Shown: positions 23,485 through 37,341 of the stretch, in pieces
Position numbering within the stretch: the first letter of the stretch is position 1
How the letters are laid out: every line of letters begins with the position of its first letter
Source of the DNA: Coniocarpon cinnabarinum
Lineage: Eukaryota
Direction of reading: 5' to 3'
Assembly (NCBI GenBank): GCA_051942205.1
Contig: JAVECO010000034.1
Span: 62,001 to 126,000 of the forward strand
Length of the DNA: 64,000 bases
The notes under the pieces: generated by a model
Database searches by the model: none
Seen by the model: only the letters and a program-made list of their open reading frames with translations
Told to the model about the DNA's origin: nothing
Position numbers and translations under genes: made by a program

Positions 23485-26400
23485 TCAAAAGTCCTGTGAC
23501 AACGGACTCTTCACCTTCGGAGCAAATTGAAGACTCTTCCGTCGAGCGTTCGTCAGTCTCTGCCTCAGACTCTCGTCAGGTTGGTCACGGATCCGTCCAC
23601 TCAATGGAAACAGACTCTCCTGTGACTGTTTAGGTGGACAAGTCTGTTGTACTAGCTGAGTTGGGTGTAAGAAATACGGTGTTGTGGGGGAGTTCGGTCC
23701 ACCTGTAAGCGTGTTTGGCCGGCCGGGTGTCTCAGGGATCTTGCAAGAGGCAGGCGACGAAGGCCCAGCGAGCTCGTCTTCCGAGTCCTCGTAGCACTGA
23801 GTGTCAGACTCGTCCACTGCCGGCTCCGCTGTTGGGACGCTTGCCACATGGTCAATCTCATCGGCCTTGGAGGGAATTGCGATGGTCACCCTTCGCCTAG
23901 ACGACGGTTGAGGAGATGATTTTCGGGAGTCGGTTGTCTTTGACAGCGTCCCATTCATGTTCGACAGCATCTTCGGCTCCATCGACTTTCGCCTGCGATG
24001 ACCACCTCGAGGCACGAAAGAAGTGTCGATCGTGTAGTTGGCTTCGTCCAGCCGCTTGTTCTCTCGCTCGCAGCTGTCGTTTTGTCAGTCATTTGGTATA
24101 GAGTCCACAGGCTCGCATGACTTACTCAAGCACCCAGCCTACGCCAACACACATCACAGCACCTTTCGCCATTCTTACTTTTTCCATTGTCCTCTTTCCT
24201 CCATCTTTGAACACGACGTGCGTGATCCCGATCTTTGCTGCTGAGGGTGACTCATGGCTGTCTTCGAAAGACGGGTTCCATGGCCACGTGCTACGTACTG
24301 TAGCTCCCATCTGTTGAAGAAGATCGACGAAAATGCCACTTGCATCGGCACCCTCGCTAGTGTGAACGTCCACGAAGACCATAGCACCAGTTAGTAGTTG
24401 TGAGTTGACATCGCTGCGTGGTGTACGAGCTGGTGTGGTAAGAAGGGACCAAGTTGGGGATCCTTTTTGTGGAGTGGCGGGATCGTCTCGGAGACTACCT
24501 CCTGCTGACTGGGCTTCCTCATGCTCTTGTAGCTGATTGTCCCCTTGTGCCGTTCTAGGATATATCTGTCGCAGCGCTTGGAGCTCGATGTCTGCCCGTG
24601 GCGTCAGTGCTGTTGCAAGTGACCGCCTCTTTTTCATGTTTGCCTTTGCATCCGGTGCTAGTTCATCGTTCCCGTCATCTGCAGGCGCTTTTAATGGCAC
24701 TTTTGATACAGTATGAAGCACCCGAGGCATCTGTTTCTCAAGTCTCTGTGGTGTGCAAGTCTGTAGCTCCGGCGATGGCTTGCGCAGCGTGTTCTGCGCA
24801 ATGGGCGTCCCATTCTCGTCCCCGTAGCTCTGAGACGCGTCAGAAACGCAGCTTTGGCGGAACATGTCTGTGTCATCATCTTTGTCGTTGTCAATGGCAT
24901 CTTCTTTGCCCTGCTCTTGTCCATCTTCATGGATTTGTATGGCTTCTTCAAATTTGGTCATAGAAGCTTGTGGAGTTGCACTTGTAACTTGTGACGAGAA
25001 TTGCTGCACAGTTTGTGCTTTTGTTAGGGAGAAAATCGAGCCTTCCTGCTTGCGCTGCTCTAGCACTCTAGTATCTGGTGTCGCGCCAGCCCACCCTCCA
25101 AATCGTTCGGCAAGTCCTGTCATGGACAAGGTCTGATCTGAACCCAGCTTTGGACCGGTAGGTGTGAACGGGAAGAAGGCCTGTCTATTTGTGGAGCCCG
25201 ACTCGACTGACCTGCCTGCTTTGCGAGTAGGCGAAGCGTCGTACTTTGGATCATCGGACATCAACTCATCTTCTGAGTCGTTGACTGGTGACAGTTGCAC
25301 AGGAGGGTTTTGCAACTGGAAAGCAGCGCTTGGATTTCCGACCGGAGAGGGTTCGTGGCCCGTGGACACAGGTGTGTCTTCGAACATGTTGACTTCGCTG
25401 GAGGCGGCATGCTCTGGATTTGCTTCATCTACTGAACACAGTGGAGGGTTTTCCAGGTCCTCATTAGTTTCACTTGCTTCGGAAATGGGAGGATGCAAGT
25501 TTTCCTGTGGACGATCGAAAACTGCCACGGATTCTGACACTCGGGGCCCTGGCGTAAATGGCAAAGGCGCAGCGAGAAGCTCATCGATCAGCATATCGTC
25601 TCGTTCCTCGGCCGTCATACGAGGAACATCGGGTTTTTTTGTGGAGGGTGTGCCACCTATGTCGCGAGTCCTGGTGAGGGAGCTTGTCGCAGGCAGTTTT
25701 ACGCTTTGCGGGTTTTGGCCAAAAGCAGAAATGGAAGCCTGGACTCTTGGAGTGCTTTTGATCTCTGGCAAAGTCCTGTCAACAAAGCTGAATGGCTTAA
25801 TGCTCGACGGGGGGCGTTTGGCGGGGGACTGAAGCAGCGAAGTCTTTAATGTACTGCCAGGTGTTTGTGCCTGCTTTCTGTTCGACTGGTCCTGGAACAG
25901 CTTATTAGGTGAAGGTGGTCTGCGAGCTGGAGTCTGAGCCAGCGCGCAACTAGCCTTCAGATCTTTTGTAGGGCTCGCACTTTGCTTCTTGAGTGGAGTT
26001 CCCAGGTTCAGCTTCCTGGGCGAGTCTCTCATAGACACTTTGACTGGTGATGGTGGCGGTCGCTTCGGAGGACTGCCTGCTAACGTCGAGACAACTTCGT
26101 CTGCCCCGATGGGATCATGAGCATCACTTTGTGATTCTCCTTTTCTTTCACCCGCCTCAGTAGCAGACTCTGATGAGGGCTTTGTGGGACTCTTCTGAGG
26201 CGATACCGGGGGCTTGTGTGGAGATTGGCTCAGAAGCTTAAGTGGTGATTGCGGTGGCTGCGCAGGTACGGGAGCGGCTTCCTGAGTGGCGTTACCTTTG
26301 GCAACTTGTCCCACTTTTTTAGGCGAGAGCGGCTCTCCGCGAGGTTTCGTGTCTTTTGCCTTCTGCGTAGGTTTCGCTGCTTTTGCTGTGGCTCCTCGCG

Positions 26401-26980
26401 CCTTGCGCGGTGCCTTGCTCATAGCTGAAGCCTTTTCCCCGACAAAGTTCTCCTTTCCATGTTGAGAGTTTGGTCTGGGATCGATCACATTCTCCTTGTC
26501 GGCGTCTTGCTCATCTTGAAATGTGACTTTCTTCGCGCCGCGCTTGGACACTGGAGCTTGCTTCTCTGAAGCTACTTTTGCTCGTGTGGTCCTTGTGTTA
26601 GCCGCTTTTGATGTAATCCCAGGAGGGTCCTCCTGGTCCTTCTTGACGGTTGCTGCTTTCCCTTGGCCACGTGCCTTGGATGCCGGGGCACCATTCGCTT
26701 TCGTTGTTGGAGCTGAATCATTGGCTTTGGCTCTACCACGCGTTGAACGCGTTGGCTGGGAATAAGATGGCTGCTTCAAGTCTTTAATAGCTGATTCGGA
26801 TTCAAGAGTCTCATCTTCGGGCTCTTCGTCTTCTGCACGCGTCTTGCGCTTCGTGGTTTTGGCCGCTGCAGCCTTTGCGCCTGCGGTGGTAATGACCTGG
26901 GACTGCTGTTTCTCTTCGACTGCCTTTGCCCGAGAGCGCGTCATGCGCTTCGGTGGGCTTTGCGATCTTGCTGGTGGCAT
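23485..26980 (-). CDS. Large low-complexity protein with a C-terminal BRCT domain (microcephalin-like)
   Basis: LTGAMVFVDVHTSEGADASGIFVDLLQQMGA..ITHVVFKDGG..CVGVGWVLDCEREN BRCT motif; many S/T-P sites. An intron near 24124-24074 links the 954 aa and 176 aa ORFs. Confidence 0.85.
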
Positions 26981-27663
26981 TTTCACTGACTGTTAAGCAT
27001 ACCTAACGTTGTAGATTTGTTGCAACCAATCCAGAAGGCGAAGGTATGGTTGCTTGCGGGCGCTAATGTGTTTGTTTTTCTAATGATCACCACAGCAACC
27101 CAGATTCACCTGGCAGGGTAGAGATCCAAACTCCAAAGTTGCAACCAAGAGACATACAGTAGCTGAGCTGGCGCGCGCGCTGATCAAGGATTGCGCTGGA
27201 AGTATCGTGCACTTGAACAAATGCATTGGTCCCTAGTCTACATCCAAGCGCACAATCACCTCTCAAAGTGCTGGAAGCCAGATGGACTAGGGCGCACCAC
27301 CGCCCTTTGATCACAACCCGACGATTCCAAGCCGGTCTTGGCGGTAAAAGTAAAGCTCCTTCTTGACATGGCATGCTGTCCTTGTAGTGTTACATCATGT
27401 TCTCCCACGTTGGTCCAGAACATTGCTACAATCTGCAACCGTATTGTTTTCTGACATCACCTAAGTAAGATACTGTAGCAATATTTATCTTGCCTACAAA
27501 AGAATGGCTCTATGATTGTCTATTTTTTCATATCGTCTGTATTAGGTTTGGAGTGACTCAGCCCATAGACACATATTTCCCCAGAACCAAACCCGCCTCT
27601 GTTACTTCAAGAACCATTACAAGGACCACAAAAAGCGTCAAATCATTAGATTTGACACGTAAC

Positions 27664-29176
27664 ATGGCAAGTCCAGGGTCACTCCGCCATGCTGAAAATG
27701 AAGACTCTGAGCAGACCCGAGCCAACGGCAATTCTGCAAAAATGAATGGGAATGCCTCAGGATGGTCGCCATCTTGTGAGAAGTTGGCGATTCTTCTTCT
27801 TATGCACAAGTTCGCTAATGGTTGTCACAGCATGGCAAAGCAAGTCCCTTGCCCAACCTGTCAACTACCCAAACTCAAAGACCCTTCAAGCAAGCATCGC
27901 TCAGCTTTCATCTCTCCCTCCACTTGTTACAGCTCAGGAGATCCATCGTCTAAGAGCGAGCCTTCGCTCTGTCGCACTTGGCGAGTCGTTCCTCTTGCAA
28001 GGCGGCGACTGCGCTGAGCTATTCTCTTATTGCGAACCCGCCATCATTGACTCAAAGATCAAATTGCTACTCCAAATGTCTCTGGTTCTCATCTCTTCGC
28101 TGAACAAGCCGGTCGTGCGGATCGCGCGTATGGCAGGTCAGTACGCAAAGCCTCGATCGTCTCCCACTGAGAAGACCCCTGATGGGAGAGAGATCCCCAG
28201 CTTTCGCGGCGACATCCTCAATGGCTTTGACGAGGATCAGCGTGAGCTTGATCCCTCTCGGATCGTGCAAGCCTACTTCCATTCCGCCGCGACGCTCAAT
28301 CACATTCGTTCACGACTCGCTGCAGGTATTGCAGACTTGCACAACCCTTTCCAATGGGACCTCGGTCACGTGCGAGATACCCAACTCCAAACACGGTACC
28401 AATCCCACGTCGATCGCATCACCGACTCCCTGCGCTTCTTGAAGACCGTTGGAGCAGACACAGCCGGGCCGTTGCAGACCGTCGACCTCTACACAAGCCA
28501 CGAAGGCCTCCTGCTCGAATACGAGCAAGCGCTCACACGCCGCATCCCCAACCCCAACAGTTCCGCAGAACAAAGCTATTACGACACCTCCGCCCACTTC
28601 CTGTGGATCGGCGACCGCACGCGTCAAATTGCAGGCGCCCACGTTGACTTCTTCCGCGGCCTCGAGAACCCCATCGGTGTCAAGATCGGCCCCTCCATGT
28701 CTTCAGACGAACTCGTCCAACTGCTGTCGATCCTCGACCCGAATCATGAGCCTGGCAAGGTCACACTCATTACACGCTATGGCGCTACAAAAATTGCAGA
28801 GAAACTTCCTGAACACATTCTTGCAGTGCAAGGCACTCGTCACGTTCCGGTCTGGCAATGCGATCCCATGCACGGAAACACGCACACGACGCCCGACGGC
28901 ACCAAGACGCGGGCATTCGAAGCGATCCTCTCGGAAGTCGCGACGGCCATTCAGATTCATCGCGAGTGCAATAGTGTGCTGGGAGGTGTGCATTTGGAGT
29001 TGACCGGGGATGCGGTCACTGAATGTATTGGGGGCAGTGAAGGGATTGAGGAGGGTGACTTGAAGAGGCGATATACGAGTTATTGCGACCCGAGGTTGAA
29101 TGAGAAACAAGCTCTGGAACTGGCGTTCTTGATCGCCGGGGAGTATGGCCGGACGACTGGAGAGATGGGGAGGTGA
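27664..29176 (+). CDS. Class II DAHP synthase (3-deoxy-7-phosphoheptulonate synthase)
   Basis: FLLQGGDCAELF, RMAGQYAKPRSS, YTSHEGLLLEYE, AHFLWIGDRTRQ, CDPMHGNT, GGVHLELTG and CDPRLN motifs. Intron 27776-27830. Confidence 0.96.
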
Positions 29177-29810
29177 TGTTAGGTTCCAGTGAGTTGCGAG
29201 AGACCGCTGAATAGGGGTACTTGCGTGTTGATCTGCTCGCTCGAGGCGGTCGAATTTACGACAGGCGATCTGCTGGATGAAGCAATGATGTTTTCTATTC
29301 GCAGAATGCCTTCGGTGTCCACGTTGCACATTCTCATGTTTCGCCGGCGATTCCGAACGAGTGCTCATGATGCGATTGACTCTTACCCCTGTCGTGCTCG
29401 TAGCTGGCTGATGTATTACATAGCACAATTCTAACATCCAAGCCGCTGCTACGTTGCCGTATTCTAACACATACAAGCTTTATTTCAGATTTAGTGCAAT
29501 TATACATAGCCTCGTTGCTGTCTTGTAGCAACTTCATGTAGGAGCACCTTTCCACTTCACAATTTTATCTTAATATCTTATATCTATCTTAGTAAGTTAC
29601 TTCTTTAAGATAGGCTACCTTCTAAATTCTGCCCTGCGCTGAAGTGCAGTAAGACGGTCAAACAGCATTTCATCTCCTTGAATAGCTCCCTGAAGAAGTG
29701 GAAGCACACCAAAAGACATGAAATCGTGCCGACCTAGCCTTCTCCACGACTCTCTGACACCTCTTCAGTGTAACCGCCTGAGTCCAACGATAGCGCGATG
29801 ACCCTTGCGC

Positions 29811-32800
29811 TCATCGTGGTCCCCACTCCACGTTCCCAAATATCGGCCTCGGTCGAGATCTAGATCTTGATCTCGATCTCGAGACAGATCCAGATCGCGG
29901 CACTGATCCAAACAAATGCGAAGTAGTATCGTCCCGCCGATGTCGATCCCGCTCGTAAGTCGCATCAGAGCCACGCGTTCTGCTTCTTTCCCCACGGCGT
30001 CTTGTATCTGCCCTCTCCCCGCCTTTCCAAACACCACCCCCCATCATGACCGCAAACTTGCCATTTCTCTTAAGCAACTCAGTATATCTACCTCTCTCGA
30101 CGACCCGGCCATCCGCTAACATAACAATCTTGTCCGCGATTTCCATCATCTCACGCGCATGCGTTATGATAATGACAGTCAGCCCGCCTTTGCGGATCAG
30201 AGACTTGATTGTATCGCGCACGAGACTGGCGCTTTGAGTATCCAGAGCTGATGTGACTTCATCGAGCACGAGGACGCGGGATTGTCGCACTAAAGCGCGG
30301 GCAATGGCGATGCGTTGCGCTTGGCCGCCTGATAATGTGAGACCGCCGTCTCCGAGGAGGGTATCGTAGCCTTGTGGTAGGGTGTTGATGAAAGGTGCAA
30401 TGCTCGCGGCAATGGCAGCAGCTTTGACGTTTTCGAGACTTGCGTCTGCTGAGTGGGGAGGAATGCCGTATGCGATGTTCTCGCTCACAGTGCCTGGGAA
30501 AAGAACTGGCGTTTGCGGCACGATGGCGATGTGTCTCCGTAGCGATGTTGCGTTAATGCGATTGATGTTGATATTGTTGACTGTGATTTGGGGTAGAGCG
30601 CTGGACGTCGGGGTGGCGTACAGTCGCAAGAGCAGTGACGCAATGGTGGACTTGCCGGAGCCGGAGGGCCCGACGATGGCAGTCGACGTGCCATGAGTGA
30701 AGGTTTGATTGAATTTCCAGAAAATGTGCGTTTCTGGCTTAGTAGGGTACGCAAACGTGAGGTCGCGACAGACGACATCGCCGGCGCCAGGGGCGTCAAG
30801 ATCTCCGTCGTGTTCATGCGAGAGCGCGGAAAGTTCGCTGAGATCAAGGAGCTGTGTAGCACTTTCTTTTGAGATAGATAGCTGTGGTATCATGGCTACA
30901 GATCCAGAGACGCTTGAAAAACCAAAGAGGAGCAGTGAAAGCACCGTTAATATGTTTTGAACGGATGACTGATTGGATGCGCAAAGCACCGAGGCGTACC
31001 AGAAAATGAGAGCTTCGGTGAAGATGACTAAGGCCTCACTGAGGCCGAAGAAGATGCCACAGTAGACTGCACGTTGGAAACCTGTCTTGAAGGCGTTATC
31101 GATCGCTTCGTGGTATTGTTTCATGAAAATCGACTCCAGCGTCAACGCACGAGTGGTCTTAACGCTGATAAATGTCTCATAGAGTATTGCTGTTGACTTT
31201 GCCATGGCATCGTTGCAGAGGCCTTCCATTCGAGCGCTCACCGTTTGAAAGCCTCTTGTCACGATCAGCGACACAGGGCCCATAGACAGTCCCACCAGTG
31301 CCAACCTCCAGCTTTCGATCAGACTCCATACGATAGACACGAGCATCAAGACTACCGCAATGAGCATGAACGCCGCAAAACGCCCGAGCAGATTTCTCAT
31401 CTCCTCGGCATTTCTGTCCAAGCTCCCTGTCAGCCGTGGCGCGCCATTCTCTTTACGCCTGAACCATTCCAACGATTGGTCAAGGACGTGCCTCAATGCT
31501 TGAGATCGTATGGCGTCGACCCATGATTGCCCACAGTATTCAAGGAGAAGATGCATCAGACAGCAGGCTACAGCATCAAGGCTTGCTATGCCGATAATCC
31601 AAAGCGAGTACGTCTTAGCTTTCGCGGTGCCGTTTTGAGTGTCGAAGAAAGTTGCCAAAAGCTTAGAAACGACGAATGAAAACACTGGCACAAGTGCAGC
31701 ATGAACTATAGTTGCTGTGAGTCCAAGCACGAGGAGACATCGTTGGCGCTGACTTAGATTTGGCCATACTGTTCTCAAGATCTGGCGAACAGGGCGCGGA
31801 GAGCGGTCTTCAAGGTCGCGAACGACATCGGGCGACGGAGGATCTGTGCTGGCGTGCTTGAACATGCTTGTAGAAATAGGCCTTTTTCGCTGGCCTTGGC
31901 GGCTCCGAGGGCGGGCTTCGACAGCTTGAATGCCAGTCAATTGTGCGAGCTCCATGCTGAGACGTGCTATGCGGCTTTTCCCAATGTGCCCGTCTTGGCC
32001 TCGCAGCGTTGACGAGGATGCAGGAGGTAATCTCGATTTTCGACGACGAGCCTGCATGGAAGTATCGGGCTCCTTTGCTCCAAAAGGGTCATGAAAACGA
32101 ATGGGCAAAGCTGGTGCATGTGAGACTCTGGAGAAATCAGCAAGACTGGCGCCGGCGAAAATGGCTGGTACGTAGGACATCCTGGTCCTTCGATTCCGCG
32201 ATCTTGCTTCCACACCAGCCGTTTTGTTGCTGCTTGTTTGGAACCTTGGTGTCGTCGGTGACATAGCAGGAGCGGCGTCTACAGTACTTCGGGAAGAGAT
32301 ATTTTGGTCGGCGGTTGATGGAGGCAGAGCTGCCGAGCTTGACGTAGTTGGCGGATTACCGCCATAGCCCTGTTTTACCACGTTCCCGTACTCAAGAACA
32401 TAGACATGGTCGGTCGCTTCGATTTGAGACAGATCATGAGTGATGATGATGTTGGTTCTTCCATTTCTCCAGTGTCGGATAGCTGTCATTATTAAGGCTC
32501 GAGCTGTTTGATCGAGTGCACTTGTTGACTCATCAAGTATCAGCACGGGCGCATCTTTGAGACGAGCACGAGCGAGAGCAATTCTTTGCCTTTGACCTCC
32601 GCTGAACAAACTGCCCTTGTCGGTCACGATCGTATCAAGGCCCTGTGGTAGGTCGTTGATTGTCTGCTCGAGCAAAGCAAACTGAACCGCCTGCTTGACC
32701 TCTTCTGCAGGAACCTGTTGCCCAGGTCTTCCCAGGCAGATGTTGTCTCTAATACTGCCTGCGAACAACGTACTCGTTTGTTCTACTAATACTACGCTGC

Positions 32801-34255
32801 GCCGCAGCCAATCTGTGTCGAGGCTCTGAAGTCGCCGACCATCAAGCAAAATAGATCCACTGGTAGGATCGTAGAAGCGAATTAGTATCTGGCCGATGGT
32901 GCTCTTACCTGAGCCGCTTTGACCGACGAGAAATGTTGTTTCACCTGCGCAAAACTCGGCATCGAAGTTCTTCAAAACAAGATTCTCTGGTCGTGTCGGA
33001 TACGCAAATGAAACTCCCCTCAGGATGAAATGACCGTGGCAAGAGGCAGGCAACGACGGTTTAGCGCCCATATGAGGAGGCCATTGACCAGACACTTTTA
33101 ACAATGCTGTGCCCGCTGCGCGTCCCTTTTCTAGAACCAGCATTTGAGGTAGTATCTGTTCAACCGCCTCGGTCGCTGTAAGGCATGACATGAAGCAGGT
33201 GACAACGTTTCCAAAGGCTGTTTTGTTGGCGGCCACGAGATAGTGCCCATACCAAAATCCTTGAACGAACATAGTGAACACCATAAGTCGAATAAAGCCA
33301 ATTTGAAGAGCATTCATCCTCGCCTGTTTGACATACCATCCCGCTGCATTTGCGATGCATGCAACATATTTGGCTGCTTCCAAAGCCTGACCGTTGAAGC
33401 ACTTGACGGTCACAATGTTGACGAAAGTATTCGTTGCCATCTTTGATGCTCTTGCTAGTGCTCCTTTCTGACCTTCAATGCTTGGTTGCATACGTCTTGA
33501 TAACAAAGCAAGTACAATAGATGAGACTGGAACCGAGGCAATGGTCACTAATGTGAGTGACCAGTTGTAGTAGAATGCTATCCCGAGCGATGCAAGGCAA
33601 GTCACAAAGTAGTGTAAAACATAGCCAAGGGGCTGTGAAAGTGACAGCTGTAGTTCGCGCAACTGCCTACTCCTAATCAGCGACCAGCGACTGGACAAGG
33701 AAGACGCTGATTGACAGCATACGCTTGCAAACTTGAGATCAGCGCCCCCGCGCCGCTTGTTTGTTGGTCGAACCATGCTACAGAACGCCTGCAGAGGCTA
33801 CTGAACGTAGACCGTTGCGCTGCAGCGACTTGGCATTCGCCAAACAGCATCCAGGACATGAAGAAGGAACCGTTGAGCAGCCAGCTGCATATTCCGAGGC
33901 ATGTCAAGATGAGACTATATTTTGTAACATCCGTTTTCAATGTCGTAGCGTCTAGGGTACCCGCTCCAAATGCCGAGAACTCATCAAAGATTTTTCCAAC
34001 AAAGATTGCCAAAGCCGGCGTGACGACAGCAGATGCTATTGCAAGGGTGATAGAAGGCGCAAGGAGGAAAGCATGTTTTGCGGACGTGAAGCAGAACAAG
34101 TCGAGCCAAGTGGATGAAGCAGCATCAGTAGTCCCTCCCGAATCTTCAACAAGAGCCTCTTGAACCCCAGGTTCTGAGTTTGCCGAGGACTTATGGAGAT
34201 CGTCCGAAGTATCGTTCGTGGAGTGGATGTCGCCCGTGCATGTAGATGGCGACAT
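29811..34255 (-). CDS. STE6: Full-size ABCB transporter, a-factor lipopeptide pheromone exporter-like
   Basis: TMD-NBD-TMD-NBD; Walker A GQSGSGKST and GPSGSGKST; signatures FSGGQRQR and LSGGQAQR; long linker. One intron near 33720-33670. Orthology to STE6 is inferred from recalled motifs. Confidence 0.8.
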
Positions 34256-34550
34256 CTCATGTTCCCAAGATCAAGGACAGCGACGGAGGAACTGGATCAT
34301 TTAAGCGCATGTTTTGCAGTGTCTCGTGCGTGCACGATAGTTCCGCATTTTCACGCCATTGTTACCATTTTCGTATTGTTCCTCGCAAGATCTTTCGAAA
34401 CAATGAGCTACAGCCTTAGTAAGCAAATATTCCTGTTGTGGATTCAGAATTCAGCGGCGCCAGAGTCGTTACAAAGACTCGGAGGTTTGTTTTCAGCTGC
34501 GAGTCATCCTTGGGATCGTCTATGACGTTTCAAAGCACAGTGGGCCCTCG

Positions 34551-35129
34551 TCATGTCTTCTCTTTGTGCTTCTCTTCGTAAATCCAGTCATTTAGACCGG
34601 CACGATTGCGAGCAATCTCAATTGCGTAGAATTGCATGCGAACCGCTGCAGGGAGCGTCAGCAAGGACGGCTTTGAAGCCAAAGGGATTGTTCACGCGTA
34701 CCAAAAATGGTCGACTTCTCATTATATTCGTCCTTTGGGCTCGCTCGAACCATGGCACCAAAATTGAAATCATCAATCTTCTTTTCGTACTGATTGATGA
34801 ACATTCGCCACTTCTCTTTGCCCTGCTTGCTCTTCATGTCGTCTTCATTGAGCGTAGCTGCCGGGTCGAAGTCTGGAAATTCCTGGCGGAAGTTGTCGTG
34901 AATCTCGTCGTCGATCTTGGTGAGCTTGAGGTCGGAGCCTTTTCTCATTTCGAGCAGGCTCCAGTAGGTCTCCATGTGCTGGACGACCTTGACCGCAAAT
35001 TGCTTCTCGATCTGAGTGACGTTAGCTTCCTGCACTGCACGAGGGATATAGCCTGGAACAGACGTCTTCGAAGTTGTCGGCTTGCTCGGCTGAGAGCTGG
35101 GCACCTGGGGGACCAATTGGGCCGGACAT
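34551..35129 (-). CDS. PBDC1 / YPL225W-like protein
   Basis: AEQADNFEDIEKQFAVKVVQHMETYW..LKLTKIDDEI..MKSKQGKEKWR..DFNFG..TIFAVRMQFYAIEIARNRAGLND. Two introns. Confidence 0.9.
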
Positions 35130-35265
35130 GGTGTCGACTATGCAACAAGAGCTGCAGCGGTGCACCGGGTGAGAGGGACAGAGTAGGAAAATGCTGTAAA
35201 CTGCTTGAAGAGCAGGACAATGCAGATACGCTGATCAAAATCTGATTGGAATGGGACTGGCGTTA

Positions 35266-35404
35266 GCGGGGAGTGGGCGGAGCGTAGGGCTTGCGCGTGG
35301 CGTTTCATCCCCTGCCTGAGCCCCGCCACGCCGCTGTCGAGCAATTGGCGGGGGCACGGGGGTTTCCGAGGGCGTCGGAGCCCACGGAACAGCGGCACCC
35401 CCAG
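35266..35404. promoter_or_regulatory. Cluster of SYGGRG (CreA/Mig1-type) sites in the divergent PBDC1/SSADH promoter
   Basis: GCGGGG 35266-71, CCCCGC 35321-26, GCGGGG 35348-53 and CCCCAG 35399-404. The middle pair forms the inverted repeat CCCCGCCA..TGGCGGGG. Confidence 0.4.
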
Positions 35405-35565
35405 CCATTGTTTTCCCTTGCCCCTCACAGTGCCGATGATGTAGCCATCACCCACCGTTGACCAGCACACTTCACCGAGCTCTCCACGACGACCGAGCTA
35501 ATGGAAACGGGCTAAATGGTCGAAGACATCGTCATCCACCTGGCGTATCTCTCCTCGATGACAAA

Positions 35566-37341
35566 ATGAAACCTTTCCTGCCCTCCTCGCCTTTTCGTCT
35601 GGCTTCGTCTCTCCCATCACGACTGCACATCCTCTCCAGACCTCCTCCAGCTCCCCGAATACGCACCGTAGCAGCTTCCTACGCCACCATGGCTCACAGT
35701 GTTCCTCCAGTAAGCAGTCAGCCTTCGTCAAGTTCGGCTCAGATTCAGAACACCACCGGAATGACCACAAGTAACCTCTGCTGAAGCCACTTCGCTAACA
35801 TCCACGCCACTAGCTCAAAGACCCCTCCCTCTTCCGCCAACAAGGCTATCTCAACGGTCAATGGATCAATGCTCAGTCCTCCAAGACCTTCGAGGTCACC
35901 GATCCGGCCTCAGGCAAGGTCATTGGCACCATGCCTGAAATGAACGCCGACGACGTTCATCTCGCCATCTCCGTCGCCCATGAGGCCCTCGCCTCATTTC
36001 GCAAAACAACGGGCCGGGAGCGCGCCCGAATGCTGAGGAAATGGTACGACCTCATCATGGAAAACGTCGACGACCTGGCCAAACTCATCACCTGGGAAAA
36101 CGGCAAGCCTCTCGCAGACGCCAAGGGCGAGGTCAACTACTCGGCCAGCTTCTTCGAGTGGTTCGCGGAAGAGGCGACGCGAACGAACGGTGAGACAATT
36201 CCGGCCACGGTGCCTGGAAATCGCGTCTTCACGCTTCGAGAGCCCGTCGGTGTCTGCGGCCTTATCACACCGTGGAACTTCCCCGCCGCCATGATCACGC
36301 GCAAGATCGGTCCCGCGCTGGCCGCCGGCTGCACGGTCGTCGCCAAGTCACCCGGTGAAACCCCCTTCACCGCCGCAGCATTAGCAGTGTTGGGCGAGCG
36401 CGCAGGCATCCCCAAGGGCGTCTTCAACATCGTCACCGCTTTAGCCAACACGGCCGAAGTCGGCAGCACCCTCACATCTTCTCCGACAGTCCGCAAAATC
36501 TCCTTCACGGGCAGCACCGGCGTCGGCAAGCTCCTCATGAAGCAGTCCGCGGACACGCTCAAGAAGCTCTCCTTCGAACTCGGCGGCAACGCGCCCTTCA
36601 TCGTCTTCAACGACGCCGATCTCGACACTGCAGTCGCCGGCGCCATCGCGTGCAAGTTCCGCTCCTCGGGCCAGACATGCGTCTGCGCGAATCGCATCTT
36701 CGTCCAACAAGACATCTACGACCGCTTCTCGCAGAAGTTCGCCGAGAAAGTACGAGGCTTCAAGGTGGGCAGCGGTTACACAGAGGGCACAACGCACGGT
36801 CCGCTCATTCACGATCGAGCCGTCAGCAAAGTGGAGCAGCATGTGCAGGATGCAAAGAGCAAGGGCGGTAACGTCCTGGAGGGTGGGCAAAAACTACCGG
36901 AGCTGGGAAGCAACTTCTTTGCGCCGACGGTGATCACGGGGGTGAAGCCGGGGATGCAGATCATGCAGGATGAGACGTTTGGGCCGGTGGCGGCGCTGGT
37001 GCCGTTCAAGAATGAGAAAGACGTCGTGGAGATGGCGAACAATGTGCCGGTGGGCCTGGCGGGTTATTTCTACTCGAGTGACTTGCAGAGGGCGTATCGC
37101 GTTGCCGAGGCTCTGGAAGTCGGCATGGTCGGTGTGAATACGGGCATTGTAAGTGATCCTGCGGCACCGTTTGGCGGTGTGAAGGAGAGTGGCTTTGGGA
37201 GAGAAGGAAGCGTGCATGGAATTGAGGAGTACCAAGTCATCAAGGTGAGTGGAATCAGCGATGAGGTATGCGTATTGAGATGTGCTGACATATTTGCAGA
37301 TGGTGACGATGGGTGGCATGGGCCAGCCGCTACAGTCGTGA
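35566..37341 (+). CDS. UGA2: Succinate-semialdehyde dehydrogenase (ALDH5 family, GABA shunt)
   Basis: ITPWNFPAAMITRK, SFTGSTGVGK, ELGGNAP, KFRSSGQTCVCANR, ETFGPVA and PFGGVKESGFGREGS motifs. Introns 35710-35813 and 37245-37299. Presequence-like N-terminus. Confidence 0.93.

Noticed and set aside
29560..29810. Short AT-rich patch and a possible a-factor precursor near the STE6-like gene
   Set aside because: The patch is too short to classify and I found no small ORF ending in CAAX here.
33149..33161. GTAGTATCTGTTC matching the U2 snRNA branch-recognition region
   Set aside because: A 13-nt match inside the ABC transporter coding sequence with no flanking U2 features.
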